From: a virus
Lineage: Duplodnaviria > Caudoviricetes
Strand: one strand, 5' to 3'
DNA length: 64,000 nucleotides
Virus record (IMG/VR): IMGVR_UViG_3300014501_000017
Coordinates: 323 to 64,322 of that record
A program made the position numbers and the translations under genes. The notes under the pieces are model-generated. The model was not told the origin of the DNA. It was given only the letters and a program-made list of their open reading frames with translations, and did not search any database. Of this stretch, positions 37,847 to 48,099 are shown in pieces; the stretch's first letter is position 1; the number at the start of each line of letters is the position of its first letter.

Positions 37847-39278
37847 GATCATCATAGAAAAAGTAAATGATGTATTCCTTAAAATCCATTGTTCAGATGA
37901 TATTGGATTAGAGTTAAGGGATCAGTTTACTTTTGCCGTTCCTAATTATAAATGGCATCCTAAGTTCAAGGCCGGTGTGTGGGATGGAATGATTCGACTT
38001 TATAATATTCGTACCGGTCAGATATATGCTGGTCTTACAAAACAAATCGAAAAATTCTGCGAGAAGCATGGTTATGAGTATGAATACTTCTTTGAAACTG
38101 GAGCAAGAGAATGGTCTGCTCTAGAGGCAGGTAAGTTTATTTCAGGACTTAGATTACCAGTTGTACCATATGAAGAACAGGTTAAGACTTTAGTTTATGG
38201 TGTAAGAAATTCTCGCGCCCTTTTTGTATCTCCAACGGCCAGTGGTAAGTCACTCATGATTTATATGCTGGCTATGTTTTATTCAGTTCCTACATTAATT
38301 ATTGTTCCTACCATCACCCTTGTTCATCAGATGAAGGGTGATTTTGATGATTATGGAAACAAGAAACATATTCACCTAATCTATGAAGGTCAAGATATTG
38401 ATTTTCAGGCTCCTATAACAATTTCGACATGGCAGAGCATTTATAAGCTAAAATCGACATGGTTTAGTAAATTTCGACTAGTAATCGGTGATGAGGCTCA
38501 TTTGTATAAGGCTGTTTCATTAAAGGCTATTATGGAGAACTTGACCAATACACCATATAGGTTTGGTTTTACAGGTACTTTAGATGGTACTGTAACTAAT
38601 GAGATGACACTTGAAGGTCTATTTGGTCCGGTAAGACAGGTTACAACAACTAAACAATTAATGGATAAAGGTACTCTTTCTAAGCTTAATATTAAAATAA
38701 TCGTCCTAGAACATTCTCAAGAAAATCGTAAAAAAGTAGCCAAAATGGATTGGCAGAATGAGTTAGACTTCTTGTTTTCATATGAACCTAGAAATAGATT
38801 CATTAAAAATCTAGCCTTATCATTAAAAGGAAACACCCTTTTATTATTCCAACGTATTGACAAGCATGGTAAAATACTATATGATATGATATCTAAGGAA
38901 GCCTTAGATAGAAAGGTGTTCTTTATTCATGGGGCGGTTGATGGTGAAGAGAGAAACGAAGTAAGGGCTATTGTAGAAAAGGAAACAAATGCTATTATTA
39001 TTGCTAGTGAGGGTACTTTTTCTACAGGAATCAATATCAAAAATCTTCATAATGGAATTAAGTCGGCTTCTTCTAAAGGTCGTATTAGAAATCTTCAGTC
39101 TATAGGCCGGGGATTAAGACTTGGTTCGGATAAGAGTGAATTTAATTGGTTTGATATAGCTGATGACCTTAAGTATAAAGGAAATATTAACACAACTCTT
39201 TCTCATCTTCTTGAGCGTGTAGCTATCTATAATAAAGAAAAATTCGAATACAAAACATATAAGGTAGGGCTGAAATAA
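37839..39278 (+). CDS. uvsW: DNA helicase UvsW
   Basis: WDG.IRL, SPTASGKS, GDEAH, GFTGT, TFSTGINIKNLHN, QSIGRGLR. Confidence 0.96.
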   Translation: MNKIIIEKVNDVFLKIHCSDDIGLELRDQFTFAVPNYKWHPKFKAGVWDGMIRLYNIRTGQIYAGLTKQIEKFCEKHGYEYEYFFETGAREWSALEAGKFISGLRLPVVPYEEQVKTLVYGVRNSRALFVSPTASGKSLMIYMLAMFYSVPTLIIVPTITLVHQMKGDFDDYGNKKHIHLIYEGQDIDFQAPITISTWQSIYKLKSTWFSKFRLVIGDEAHLYKAVSLKAIMENLTNTPYRFGFTGTLDGTVTNEMTLEGLFGPVRQVTTTKQLMDKGTLSKLNIKIIVLEHSQENRKKVAKMDWQNELDFLFSYEPRNRFIKNLALSLKGNTLLLFQRIDKHGKILYDMISKEALDRKVFFIHGAVDGEERNEVRAIVEKETNAIIIASEGTFSTGINIKNLHNGIKSASSKGRIRNLQSIGRGLRLGSDKSEFNWFDIADDLKYKGNINTTLSHLLERVAIYNKEKFEYKTYKVGLK

Positions 39279-39736
39279 TGGAAGAAAATGTATATGAACC
39301 TATGGCAGTGTGTCTTCATTTAGCAACTGGCGGAAACGTAGTAGGTGGTTTAGTTAGTACTGAAAATGAACATTATAAACTCTATCGTCCTATGAATTAT
39401 TATGCTATAAATCCAGCATTATCTCAGTTTGAAGATACCACATATCTTTCATTTGTAAAATACAATAGTATCGGTGAAAATGAGATGATTGATTTTAGAA
39501 AAGATAGTGTTGTTTCTATAGTCAATCTTACTCCAGAGTCATCTAAATGGTATTATCTCAATGCAAAATTTGCCTATGATGTAATTGCTGGTGAAAGAAA
39601 AGAGCAGTTTGATAAGATGGTAGAGACTACACAAAATTTGATTAATACTTATATTGAATATAAGAACAAGCCAAAAGAAGAGGGGGTTGATGATGCGGAT
39701 TGGGCAAAACATGCTAATACCGATGTTGCAAATTAA
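39278..39736 (+). CDS. Hypothetical protein (uvsW-gp55 intervening gene)
   Basis: Coupled ORF; L.TG..VVG start like the Sm-like proteins found at this position in T4-like phages. Confidence 0.55.
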   Translation: MEENVYEPMAVCLHLATGGNVVGGLVSTENEHYKLYRPMNYYAINPALSQFEDTTYLSFVKYNSIGENEMIDFRKDSVVSIVNLTPESSKWYYLNAKFAYDVIAGERKEQFDKMVETTQNLINTYIEYKNKPKEEGVDDADWAKHANTDVAN

Positions 39737-39739
39737 CGG

Positions 39740-40309
39740 ATGGGAAAAAATAATTATATAGACAACAAGAAGATGTATGCTGAGTTTGTAGAATATAAAA
39801 AGTTATGTCAGATCGCCAAGAAAGATAAAGGCGACAATCCTAGAATACCTGATTATATTGGAGAGTGTTTTCTATTGCTCGCAAATAACATTTCTCATAA
39901 ACCAAACTTCTTTAATTATACCTATAAGGATGAGATGATATCGGATGGGATTGAAAATTGTATTCTGTATGCATATAATTTCAATCCAAAGAAGTCAAAG
40001 AATCCATTTGCTTATTTTACCCAGATCATCTACTTTGCATTCATTCGTCGTATCAACAAAGAAAAGAAGCAGTTATATGTAAAGAGAAAGATGATTGAAA
40101 ATTCTATGTTTGATGATACTCTTGTTAATCATGATGATAGTGAGGGTGGAACACCGTCATATATAGACCTTAACAATGAGAAAATGAATACCATGGTTAA
40201 GGATTATGAAAGAACATTAAAAGAAAAGAAAGAAAAGATTAAGTTATCTAAGAAAAAGAAAAAGAAATTGTTTGGTCTGGATAAATTTATTGACGAAAAT
40301 AAGGAGTAG
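39740..40309 (+). CDS. gp55: Late sigma factor gp55
   Basis: YIDNK, IP.YIGECF...A..IS.KPNF..YTY.DEMISDGIENC, NF.P.KS.NPFAYFTQI...AF.RRI.KEK. Confidence 0.96.
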   Translation: MGKNNYIDNKKMYAEFVEYKKLCQIAKKDKGDNPRIPDYIGECFLLLANNISHKPNFFNYTYKDEMISDGIENCILYAYNFNPKKSKNPFAYFTQIIYFAFIRRINKEKKQLYVKRKMIENSMFDDTLVNHDDSEGGTPSYIDLNNEKMNTMVKDYERTLKEKKEKIKLSKKKKKKLFGLDKFIDENKE

Positions 40310-40313
40310 AAAA

Positions 40314-40640
40314 ATGGAAGATACAGAAAAGGCACCGAAGGAATTGAAAGAATTCAAGGAAAACATCTTCAAAGTTAGCATGGTTCCAACCGGATCAGAC
40401 TATCATCAGAATTGTCATATGTGTAAGAATCCTATTCCACCACATGTTAAGCTACGTGAAATCGTAACTACTATTGGTAAGACTGGTAAGGAAGAACATA
40501 ATATCATCTGTCCTAACTGTGATTATATTCTTTCAGATACCTACTTGGCATTAATGGCAAGACGATTTGCAGTCATTCGTACATCTGCTGCAAACTATTG
40601 GACACGATACTGTTCAAAGAAGCCCATGGAATGGCAGTAA
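40314..40640 (+). CDS. Zn-finger hypothetical protein
   Basis: CHMC...CPNC; SD AAGGAG upstream. Confidence 0.6.
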   Translation: MEDTEKAPKELKEFKENIFKVSMVPTGSDYHQNCHMCKNPIPPHVKLREIVTTIGKTGKEEHNIICPNCDYILSDTYLALMARRFAVIRTSAANYWTRYCSKKPMEWQ

Positions 40641-40641
40641 A

Positions 40642-40795
40642 ATGACGGAACTTAGTTATGTTGTCAGTTGATCATAATCATAAGACTGGTATTGTTCGAG
40701 GATTATTATGTAATAATTGCAATACTGGTTTAGGATTATTCAAAGAAAATATTATTGTAATGAAAAATATGATTGATTATTTGGAGAAACAATAA
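40642..40795 (+). pseudogene. Remnant of endonuclease VII-type HNH nuclease
   Basis: 40658-40795 encodes MLSVDHNHKTGIVRGLLCNNCNTGLGLFKEN...YLE; the N-terminal CxxC half is missing; MTELSY at 40642 is in another frame. Confidence 0.7.
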
Positions 40796-41853
40796 TGAAA
40801 ATTGCTATTATGTGTGATTCTCATTTTGGAGTAAGAAATGATTCGGCAGTATTCGATAATTACTTCGAACGTTTTTATACGGAGCAATTTTTTCCAATAC
40901 TTAAAGAAAGAGGAATAGCTACGGTATTGCATCTTGGTGATGTTTTTGACCGTCGCAAATATGTTAATTATGTAACATTATCTAATTGTAAGAAATATTT
41001 CTTTAGTAAATTTGGAGAGTTTGGAATAAAATTAATTGCCTTAGTAGGTAATCATGATACTTATTTTAAAAATACCAATGAAATTAATTCTCTTAATCTT
41101 CTTCTACCAGAAGCAAGAAATATTCTTATTGTAGATTCTCCTACGGAATGGAATTTTGACGGGACCATTATTACATTAGTTCCATGGATATGTCCTGATA
41201 ATTTTGAAGAAACAATTAAGTTGATTAATACTACCAAGTCAATTTTATGTTTTGGTCATCTTGAGATAGCAGGGTTTGAAATGTATAAAGGTTCTCCATT
41301 GGCATCAGGTATTGATTCTGATGTTTTTGAAAAGTTTCAGATAGTAGCTACAGGGCATTTTCATCATAAGTCATTTAGAAAGAATATCAAATATCTTGGA
41401 TCATTATATCAGATGACATGGAGTGATTATGATGATGAGCGAGGTTTTCATATTTTTGATACTAATACCCATGAGTTTGAGTATATTGAGAATCCCCTCC
41501 AGATATTCAACAAGGTATTTTATGATGATAATAAGAAATCAATTGAACAGGTTCTTGAGATAGATTTTAAAAGGTACAAAAATACCTATGTTAAGTTGGT
41601 GGTTGTTAATAAAACAAATCCATATTGGTTTGATATGTTTCTAGATAAACTTGAAGCTGCCGGTGTTTATGACCTACAGATTGTCGAAAATTCAGTTAAT
41701 CTTGGAATAGAAGATTCTGAGTTAATTATTGATGCAGAAGATACTACTACTATTTTACGTCGATATGTAGATCAGTTGAATTTTAATACGGACAAGGTTC
41801 GTCTTGACAAGTTGTTTGATAGTTTGTATAATGAAAGTCTAAATTTGGAATAG
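40795..41853 (+). CDS. gp47: Recombination nuclease gp47 (Mre11/SbcD-like)
   Basis: D.HFG, HLGD.FDRR, GNHD, GH.E..GF, GHFH, YLGS. Confidence 0.96.
   Translation: MKIAIMCDSHFGVRNDSAVFDNYFERFYTEQFFPILKERGIATVLHLGDVFDRRKYVNYVTLSNCKKYFFSKFGEFGIKLIALVGNHDTYFKNTNEINSLNLLLPEARNILIVDSPTEWNFDGTIITLVPWICPDNFEETIKLINTTKSILCFGHLEIAGFEMYKGSPLASGIDSDVFEKFQIVATGHFHHKSFRKNIKYLGSLYQMTWSDYDDERGFHIFDTNTHEFEYIENPLQIFNKVFYDDNKKSIEQVLEIDFKRYKNTYVKLVVVNKTNPYWFDMFLDKLEAAGVYDLQIVENSVNLGIEDSELIIDAEDTTTILRRYVDQLNFNTDKVRLDKLFDSLYNESLNLE
41804..41832 (+). promoter_or_regulatory. Consensus sigma70 promoter inside the 3' end of gp47
   Basis: TTGACA-N17-TATAAT; SD AGGAG and ATG at 41863 follow. Confidence 0.75.
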
Positions 41854-41862
41854 GAGATATTT

Positions 41863-42054
41863 ATGAAGCGAACAATTAAAATGTATGCTGATAATGGTGA
41901 TGTTAAAATTGATGTTAATTTTAAGGTTATAACTGAAGGATTAAGTATTGATGAAATTGATATTCTTACAAAAGATATCAAGGATAAATTGATGTCACTC
42001 CTTCCTACAATTAGATATAGTAATTTTAAAATGTGTGATGCTATATTTAATTAA
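41863..42054 (+). CDS. Hypothetical protein between gp47 and gp46
   Basis: 63 aa; SD AGGAG; stop overlaps the gp46 start. Confidence 0.6.
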   Translation: MKRTIKMYADNGDVKIDVNFKVITEGLSIDEIDILTKDIKDKLMSLLPTIRYSNFKMCDAIFN

Positions 42055-43778
42055 TGATTGAATTTGAAAAAATAAGATACAAGAACGTACTTTCTACTGG
42101 TAATGTTCCAATTGAGATATCCTTAAATTCTCATAAGTCTACCCTTATAGTTGGAAATAACGGTGAAGGTAAGTCTACTATTCTAGATGTGCTATTCTTT
42201 GCTTTATTTGGTGTGGCGTTTCGTAACATCAATAAGGGCCAGCTTGTTAATTCAATCAATAATAAGAATATGCTTGTGGAATTATGGTTTAAGGCCAATG
42301 ATTCTGTCTATTATATTAAGCGTGGTCTAAAGCCAAATGTATTTGAAATATGGGAGAACGATAACCTTATTTCTCAGCTTGCTTCTGGCGAGTATCAGGA
42401 TGTAATAGAAAAGAAAATTATCAAGATGAATCAGAAGGCATTCAGGCAGATTGTTGTTCTGGGTTCGGCATCATTCGTTCCTTTCATGCAGTTGAAGGCT
42501 GCTGATCGCCGTGAGGTAATTGAAGACCTGCTTAATATTCAGGTATTCTCTACCATGTTCACTTTGCTTAAGAAGAGGATTGATAAAAATAAGGAAGACC
42601 TTACAGAAATCGATCATCAGATTGAATTATCAGAACAAAAGCTTGTCATGCATACTAAGCATATTGAATCATTACGTCAAAATAATGATTCTTTGATTGA
42701 AGATAAAATTAGCAAGCAGAAGGAACATTGGACTGAGGTTGAAAAGCATAATAAGACTGCTACAAAATATAATGATGATATTGTAGAATTTAGAAAACAA
42801 ATTCTTGATGAAACTATTGTTGAAGAAACTTGGTCTGAATGTTGTGAATGGGATGAAAAGCTTTCGGAAAAGTTATTGGTAGTTTCTAATGAAATCCAAT
42901 TTTTAGAGAATAATAATAATTGTCCAACTTGTAAACAGGATATTGATAATGATTTTAAGGTATCAAATTTAGAAGAAAAGAAAGCTAAGGCAGTATCTGT
43001 TCAAACCAAACTTTCTACCCTTCATGAGAAGATGGAAAAGCTGGATATACGTCGAAAGCAGATTACAGAAGTTCATGAGCATATTAATACAAATGTTAAT
43101 CTTCTAGAAGCTGAAATGAATCAGGTAAGGGTATATGAGCAATTTATAACTCATATTAAGGATGAGATTAATGTATTGAAAGATAAGCAGTATTTTGTAG
43201 TTGATGAGCAAGAAACTATTGATATTAAAACTGAATTACTTAATCATCATGGAGAAAAAGAAGAGTTAATCATCAATAAACAGGTACTTGATATTGCATC
43301 ATCAATCCTCAAGGATGGAGGAATTAAGTCGGTTTTGATTAAGCAGTATGTTCCTATTATGAATAAGCTTATCAATCATAATCTTGCATCTCTTGATGCA
43401 GGTTATGGATTTGAGTTGGATGAGAATTTTTCAGAGAGTATTAAGTCTCGTTTCAGGGACGAGTTTACTTATGATTCATTTTCAGAAGGTCAGAAGATGA
43501 GAATTGATATCGCCCTTCTATTTACATGGAGAGCTATAGCTAAGCTTCGTAACTCAGCTTCTACCAATCTTTTGATTATGGATGAAATACTTGATAGTTC
43601 ACTTGATTACAATGGTACTGAAGAATTCCTCAAGTTGATAAAAAATATGACCTCGGATACAAATACTTTTATCATCTCTCATAAAGTAGACCAGTTAACA
43701 GATAAGTTTGATAATGTTTTGAAGTTTGAGATACATAAAAACTTTACACAATGTATCCAAGGTGAGGTAGCAGTATGA
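42054..43778 (+). CDS. gp46: Recombination ATPase gp46 (Rad50/SbcC-like)
   Basis: GNNGEGKST, zinc hook CPTC, signature FSEGQKMRID, Walker B LLIMDE, ISH. Confidence 0.97.
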   Translation: MIEFEKIRYKNVLSTGNVPIEISLNSHKSTLIVGNNGEGKSTILDVLFFALFGVAFRNINKGQLVNSINNKNMLVELWFKANDSVYYIKRGLKPNVFEIWENDNLISQLASGEYQDVIEKKIIKMNQKAFRQIVVLGSASFVPFMQLKAADRREVIEDLLNIQVFSTMFTLLKKRIDKNKEDLTEIDHQIELSEQKLVMHTKHIESLRQNNDSLIEDKISKQKEHWTEVEKHNKTATKYNDDIVEFRKQILDETIVEETWSECCEWDEKLSEKLLVVSNEIQFLENNNNCPTCKQDIDNDFKVSNLEEKKAKAVSVQTKLSTLHEKMEKLDIRRKQITEVHEHINTNVNLLEAEMNQVRVYEQFITHIKDEINVLKDKQYFVVDEQETIDIKTELLNHHGEKEELIINKQVLDIASSILKDGGIKSVLIKQYVPIMNKLINHNLASLDAGYGFELDENFSESIKSRFRDEFTYDSFSEGQKMRIDIALLFTWRAIAKLRNSASTNLLIMDEILDSSLDYNGTEEFLKLIKNMTSDTNTFIISHKVDQLTDKFDNVLKFEIHKNFTQCIQGEVAV

Positions 43779-44080
43779 TAGAAGATATACTTAAAATGGC
43801 TGATGAAGTCTATCAAAATAGAAACAAAGGTGTAACTATTAGATATGGCACTCGCGAATTTGCTGATAATCTAACAATTATTAATGTTGATCATCTAGAA
43901 GAGAAATGTTCAGCAATTAGAGGACTGCAACAACATATGCAATTTTGGAATATTCCATTTGATGTGTTTTTAAAAGATGGGTTTACAAATTTTCTTGATG
44001 CTATTGTAAGTATGCAGGAATTTTATCCAAATCTTACTTTCGATTCACAAATGACAGTACTTTGGTATTATTTGGTTTAA
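43775..44080 (+). CDS. Hypothetical protein
   Basis: ATGA overlap; SD GAGGT. Confidence 0.55.
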   Translation: MIEDILKMADEVYQNRNKGVTIRYGTREFADNLTIINVDHLEEKCSAIRGLQQHMQFWNIPFDVFLKDGFTNFLDAIVSMQEFYPNLTFDSQMTVLWYYLV

Positions 44081-44081
44081 A

Positions 44082-44615
44082 ATGGAAACTACAGAATACA
44101 TAAAGGGTCGAGTAATAGATTATGATTTGGGTTCTGATGAAGAATATCTCAAGAAGGTTATAGAGCCTTTTGATTTCAAAAATCCTCCGGTAGACCCTAT
44201 TCAGTTATCCTATGACCTTCTTTCAACCATGAGACATTATCATGGTATTGGAATGGCTGCTAATCAAGTTGGAATGGCTCATCGAGTATTTGTTGTTGAT
44301 TCTTATCCGGCATTGGTATGTTTCAATCCTCATATTGTAGATTTTTCCAAAGACAATTTGATTTATTTAGATGAAGGGTGTCTTTCATATCCAAATTTGT
44401 TTGTCAGCATTAAAAGACCAGAATTGATTAAAGTTAGATATACAGAACCAAATGGTAATATCAAGACAGTAACTTTTAATGGATTGACCTCAAGGATATT
44501 TCAGCACGAATTGGATCATCTAAATGGTGTTATTTTTTATCAAAGAGCAAGTCTTATTGAGCGTCGTAGAGCCTTTCAGAAAAGAAAGATAGCTAATAGA
44601 CGAAAGAATAAATAA
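44082..44615 (+). CDS. def: Peptide deformylase
   Basis: All three motifs present: GIGMAANQVG, EGCLS, QHELDHLNG. Confidence 0.95.
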   Translation: METTEYIKGRVIDYDLGSDEEYLKKVIEPFDFKNPPVDPIQLSYDLLSTMRHYHGIGMAANQVGMAHRVFVVDSYPALVCFNPHIVDFSKDNLIYLDEGCLSYPNLFVSIKRPELIKVRYTEPNGNIKTVTFNGLTSRIFQHELDHLNGVIFYQRASLIERRRAFQKRKIANRRKNK

Positions 44616-44617
44616 AC

Positions 44618-44818
44618 ATGCCAGAGTTTGATACAACATTTCGGTCAACCGAGAGCGGCTGGCGGGTCCAACATGTAGAAAAGAAGAATATTCCTATATG
44701 GGAGTTTGATTTATTGGGTGATGAACAGATTGTTTTTCAACTTGATAGAGAAGTTTCAGCATGGAAACGTTTTTGGACAAGATTTTTCATGGGTAGCAGT
44801 TGGAGAAGGGCTAAATGA
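44618..44818 (+). CDS. Small hypothetical protein
   Basis: 66 aa, W.R..TRFF.G..W ending; tightly packed. Confidence 0.5.
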   Translation: MPEFDTTFRSTESGWRVQHVEKKNIPIWEFDLLGDEQIVFQLDREVSAWKRFWTRFFMGSSWRRAK

Positions 44819-44973
44819 AAAAAACAACTTATGATTTAAAATTAATGAGACTCAGAAATGAGATTTCATTTATTCGTAGCGATGAAGCAATGGGCGGTTA
44901 TAATAAACCAGAAAAAATTAAAGAATTAGTGAAACAAATAGAGGAACTTAAAAAAGAACCGATAGAGGACTAA
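44815..44973 (+). CDS. 52-aa hypothetical protein (not in ORF track)
   Basis: ATGA overlap; MKKTTYDLKL...; fills the gap exactly. Confidence 0.5.
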   Translation: MKKTTYDLKLMRLRNEISFIRSDEAMGGYNKPEKIKELVKQIEELKKEPIED

Positions 44974-44976
44974 ATT

Positions 44977-45282
44977 ATGAAGTATAATGAAGATGCGTTT
45001 TTGACTGATGCTCTTGAATATATTAAAGGCACATACACTCAACATTATGTGAGTGGTTCTGATAAAGACCTACAATTAATAGACCTTTGGGCCGCAAGAA
45101 ATTCGGCCCTAGAAACTTCGCTAAATACAGCTATGAAGTATATACTTCGTTATGGTAAAAAGAATGGCTATAATAAATTAGACCTTCTTAAAGCCATACA
45201 TTATATTACGTTCGTTGCATATTTTACTCCCACAGGTGATGTGAATGTCGAAAAAGTCAAAGCAAAAAAACACCATTCGTAA
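44977..45282 (+). CDS. DUF3310-like nucleotide-modification-associated protein
   Basis: KYNED....EYI..TY.QHY, N..KY..RYGKK.G.NK.DLLKAIHY. Confidence 0.75.
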   Translation: MKYNEDAFLTDALEYIKGTYTQHYVSGSDKDLQLIDLWAARNSALETSLNTAMKYILRYGKKNGYNKLDLLKAIHYITFVAYFTPTGDVNVEKVKAKKHHS

Positions 45283-46510
45283 AGAGATACCGATTGATAT
45301 CTTCAATCATGAAGATAAAGATGGTTTCCAACAGTTAAAAGGGACTATTGTTCCGACTACTCAAACAACTATAAAAGAAGTACAGCAGTCTTCACTTGGA
45401 GATGCAATGTTTGGGCGACCTATGGCTCCAAAGCCATTTCAGTTGAAGGTTGATATTGCTCAATTACGTCGTAAGAGTATTTTTCTTGCTGTTCCAATGT
45501 ATGGTGGTGCATGTTCTGGTATTTTTACCCGTTCTCTAGCCGACCTCATTACTCTTGGTGTTAAACATGGAATCAATATTCAGTTGTATTTCTTGTTTAA
45601 TGAGTCTTTAATTACCCGCGCTAGAAACTATTGTGCCGATGAATTTTATCGTTCATTCTGTACTCATCTTTTATTCATTGATTCTGATATTGGATTTAAT
45701 GCCAATGATGTTATTGCCCTTCTAGCAATGCAGAGTAGAAGTGTTAATGATCTTTCTGATGATGGTATTGCTCGTGATGCTCAAGGAAATATAGTTTATC
45801 AGGCAGATGAAAAGGGTGTTCCACTCTTAGATGATATGTCTCAACCAAAACCGGTTATTGTATGTCCGCCATTTGTTGAAGTTGGTACACCATATGATGT
45901 AATTGGGGCTGTTTATCCAAAGAAGTGTATTTCTTGGGAAAAGATTAAGATGGCTGTAGATAAAGGTGCAGCAGATCAAAATCCTAATGCTCTTGAAAAT
46001 TTCGTTGGAGATTATGTATTTAATCCAAAGAATGGTTCTGGTCAGATTCATATTGGTTCACCAGCAGAAGTAGCAGAACTTGGAACAGGATTTATGATGA
46101 TTCGCCGTGATACATTTACAAAGATGAATGTAGCATATCCAAATAAGTTATATAGACCAGACCATGTTAGAACTAAGGCATTTGATGGTTCTCGTGAAAT
46201 CATGATGTATTTTCAGGCCGAGATAGATTATGGAACAGCCCATGATGAAGACTGTTCTCATGAGTTTGGACAGCCAGAAGGAACCATATTCAGAAAGATA
46301 GTAGATGCAAAGGCATCAAAGAGATATCTATCAGAAGATTATCAGTTCTGTTATGATTGTCAGAAAATTGGATTAAAGACATGGATTTGTCCATGGATGC
46401 AATTACAGCATGTAGGAACCTATGTATTTGGTGGTTCACTTGCCGCTCTAGCTGCAATTCAAGCTAATCCAACAGCCGATGCAGCACAACTTCAGAAGTC
46501 GAAAGTATAA
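45245..46510 (+). CDS. GT-A fold glycosyltransferase-like protein
   Basis: PMYGG.C, NESLITRARN, THLLFIDSDI.F (DxD), GTGFMMI.R, YLSEDY.FC, L.H.G. Confidence 0.8.
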   Translation: MSKKSKQKNTIRKEIPIDIFNHEDKDGFQQLKGTIVPTTQTTIKEVQQSSLGDAMFGRPMAPKPFQLKVDIAQLRRKSIFLAVPMYGGACSGIFTRSLADLITLGVKHGINIQLYFLFNESLITRARNYCADEFYRSFCTHLLFIDSDIGFNANDVIALLAMQSRSVNDLSDDGIARDAQGNIVYQADEKGVPLLDDMSQPKPVIVCPPFVEVGTPYDVIGAVYPKKCISWEKIKMAVDKGAADQNPNALENFVGDYVFNPKNGSGQIHIGSPAEVAELGTGFMMIRRDTFTKMNVAYPNKLYRPDHVRTKAFDGSREIMMYFQAEIDYGTAHDEDCSHEFGQPEGTIFRKIVDAKASKRYLSEDYQFCYDCQKIGLKTWICPWMQLQHVGTYVFGGSLAALAAIQANPTADAAQLQKSKV

Positions 46511-46520
46511 GAGGTATATT

Positions 46521-47348
46521 ATGGCAACTCAAAGTGAATATTGGCAGACGATGGGTGCGGAGTTCGAAAAAGAAACTGATCTAAGTATTTTCAAAACGTG
46601 GAAGTCTGTTCTTTCAGTTCCTCTATACTCTTATAATGAATTCTTTGAACAATATTCAACAGATGTCTTTTCAATGATTGAAAAGAATCAGTTTCATAAA
46701 GGGACTGATCTTAGAGAGTTATTGAAAGAATCTAAGGTAGGTCATACCGAAGAATCATATAAAGAAGTTATGAAAAATTGTAATGGAATTGATTGTTCAT
46801 CAAATACTCTTAAAAATCTTCATCATATTCTTTCATATGAAGAAATATCAGGTAAGAATATAACTGATTATGATACTATTGTAGAGTTTGGTGCAGGTTG
46901 TGGTGAATTGGCTAGTATGATTCATAAGCTTGGTTTTGAAGGTGATTATTATATTCATGATCTTCCACAGGTAGCAAGAATATCAAAGTATTATTTGACA
47001 ACATCACTTGTTTCAGATAATGTTAGTGGTGCAGGAATTTATATAGATGATGTTACAGCAGTTCCCCTTGTTTATAATGATATTGATTCAGAAAAAAATT
47101 CCAAGATTTTATTTATTGGTATTTGGAGTGTATCAGAGACACCTTATGAATATCGTGATAAGATAGCTGATTATTATAAGGGTCAGGATTTCATGTTCAT
47201 AGCCCAACGCCAGATTTGGAACTATGATAATTTTGATTATTTTATTAATAAGTTTCCATATGTATCTAAAACATGGTCAAGAACTAGAGCTATTCCTTGG
47301 CATCCTGGTGATGGTGGAAATGCATACTTTATTTCGTCTGGAGTATAG
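46521..47348 (+). CDS. Putative SAM-dependent (sugar O-)methyltransferase
   Basis: IVEFGAG.G motif I, Y.I.DLP, FIG.WS.SE.P...R; SD GAGGT before ATG 46521. Confidence 0.72.
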   Translation: MATQSEYWQTMGAEFEKETDLSIFKTWKSVLSVPLYSYNEFFEQYSTDVFSMIEKNQFHKGTDLRELLKESKVGHTEESYKEVMKNCNGIDCSSNTLKNLHHILSYEEISGKNITDYDTIVEFGAGCGELASMIHKLGFEGDYYIHDLPQVARISKYYLTTSLVSDNVSGAGIYIDDVTAVPLVYNDIDSEKNSKILFIGIWSVSETPYEYRDKIADYYKGQDFMFIAQRQIWNYDNFDYFINKFPYVSKTWSRTRAIPWHPGDGGNAYFISSGV

Positions 47349-47377
47349 TTGACATAAGCTTCTGTTTCTGTTAGACT
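47349..47377 (+). promoter_or_regulatory. sigma70-type promoter for gp45
   Basis: TTGACA-N17-TAGACT with TG extension. Confidence 0.7.
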
Positions 47378-47396
47378 TATGATGTGAGGTTATATT

Positions 47397-48098
47397 ATGA
47401 AGATTGATGATCGTACACTTATTATTCTCAAAAGTTTTTCCACCATAAATAAATCAATTCTTTTTAAAAAAGGAAATGTACTCTGTACACTTTCACCGGC
47501 TAAGTCTGTAATGGGAATAGCTAAGGTGAATGAAGAATTTCCTATTGATTTTGGAGTTTATGATCTTTCTCGCCTGCTTGGGGTACTTTCAATCTTTGAT
47601 TCTCCAAAACTTGATTTTGAAGTAGATGAAGATGGTAAAGCATCTTATTTATCAATCAAAGATGATAAAAATCATTCAGTTAAGTTTATTGCCTCGCCTA
47701 GTAAGACTTTCGACCATCCATATAATGATGAAGGAAAGTTGAAGCAACCACCATTTTCTGAATTTGAGATTGAGTTTGAATTATCAAACAAAAATCTATC
47801 TGTCTTAATGAAGGCATCAGCTATGATGCAACTTCCTGAAATTGTAGTCATAGGAAATGGTAAAGAAATTAAAATAGTTGCTATGGCAGTAGCAAATCCT
47901 ACCGGAGATGAATATGCGATTAAATTGAATCTTAAAACTAAGCATAAATTTAAAATGGTATTTCCAGTAAATAATATGCTTCTTATTTCAGAGGATTATA
48001 AGGTTTCTATTTCATCAAAAGGAATGGGTAAATTTGTTGGTAGTGATATTCAGTATTGGGTTATGTGTGATTCTAAAGAGAGTAAATTTGAGGTATAA
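47397..48098 (+). CDS. gp45: Sliding clamp gp45
   Basis: T...LK.F..IN.SI....G, F..DFG.YDL...L, DY.V.ISSKG...F....YW. Confidence 0.92.
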   Translation: MKIDDRTLIILKSFSTINKSILFKKGNVLCTLSPAKSVMGIAKVNEEFPIDFGVYDLSRLLGVLSIFDSPKLDFEVDEDGKASYLSIKDDKNHSVKFIASPSKTFDHPYNDEGKLKQPPFSEFEIEFELSNKNLSVLMKASAMMQLPEIVVIGNGKEIKIVAMAVANPTGDEYAIKLNLKTKHKFKMVFPVNNMLLISEDYKVSISSKGMGKFVGSDIQYWVMCDSKESKFEV

Positions 48099-48099
48099 G

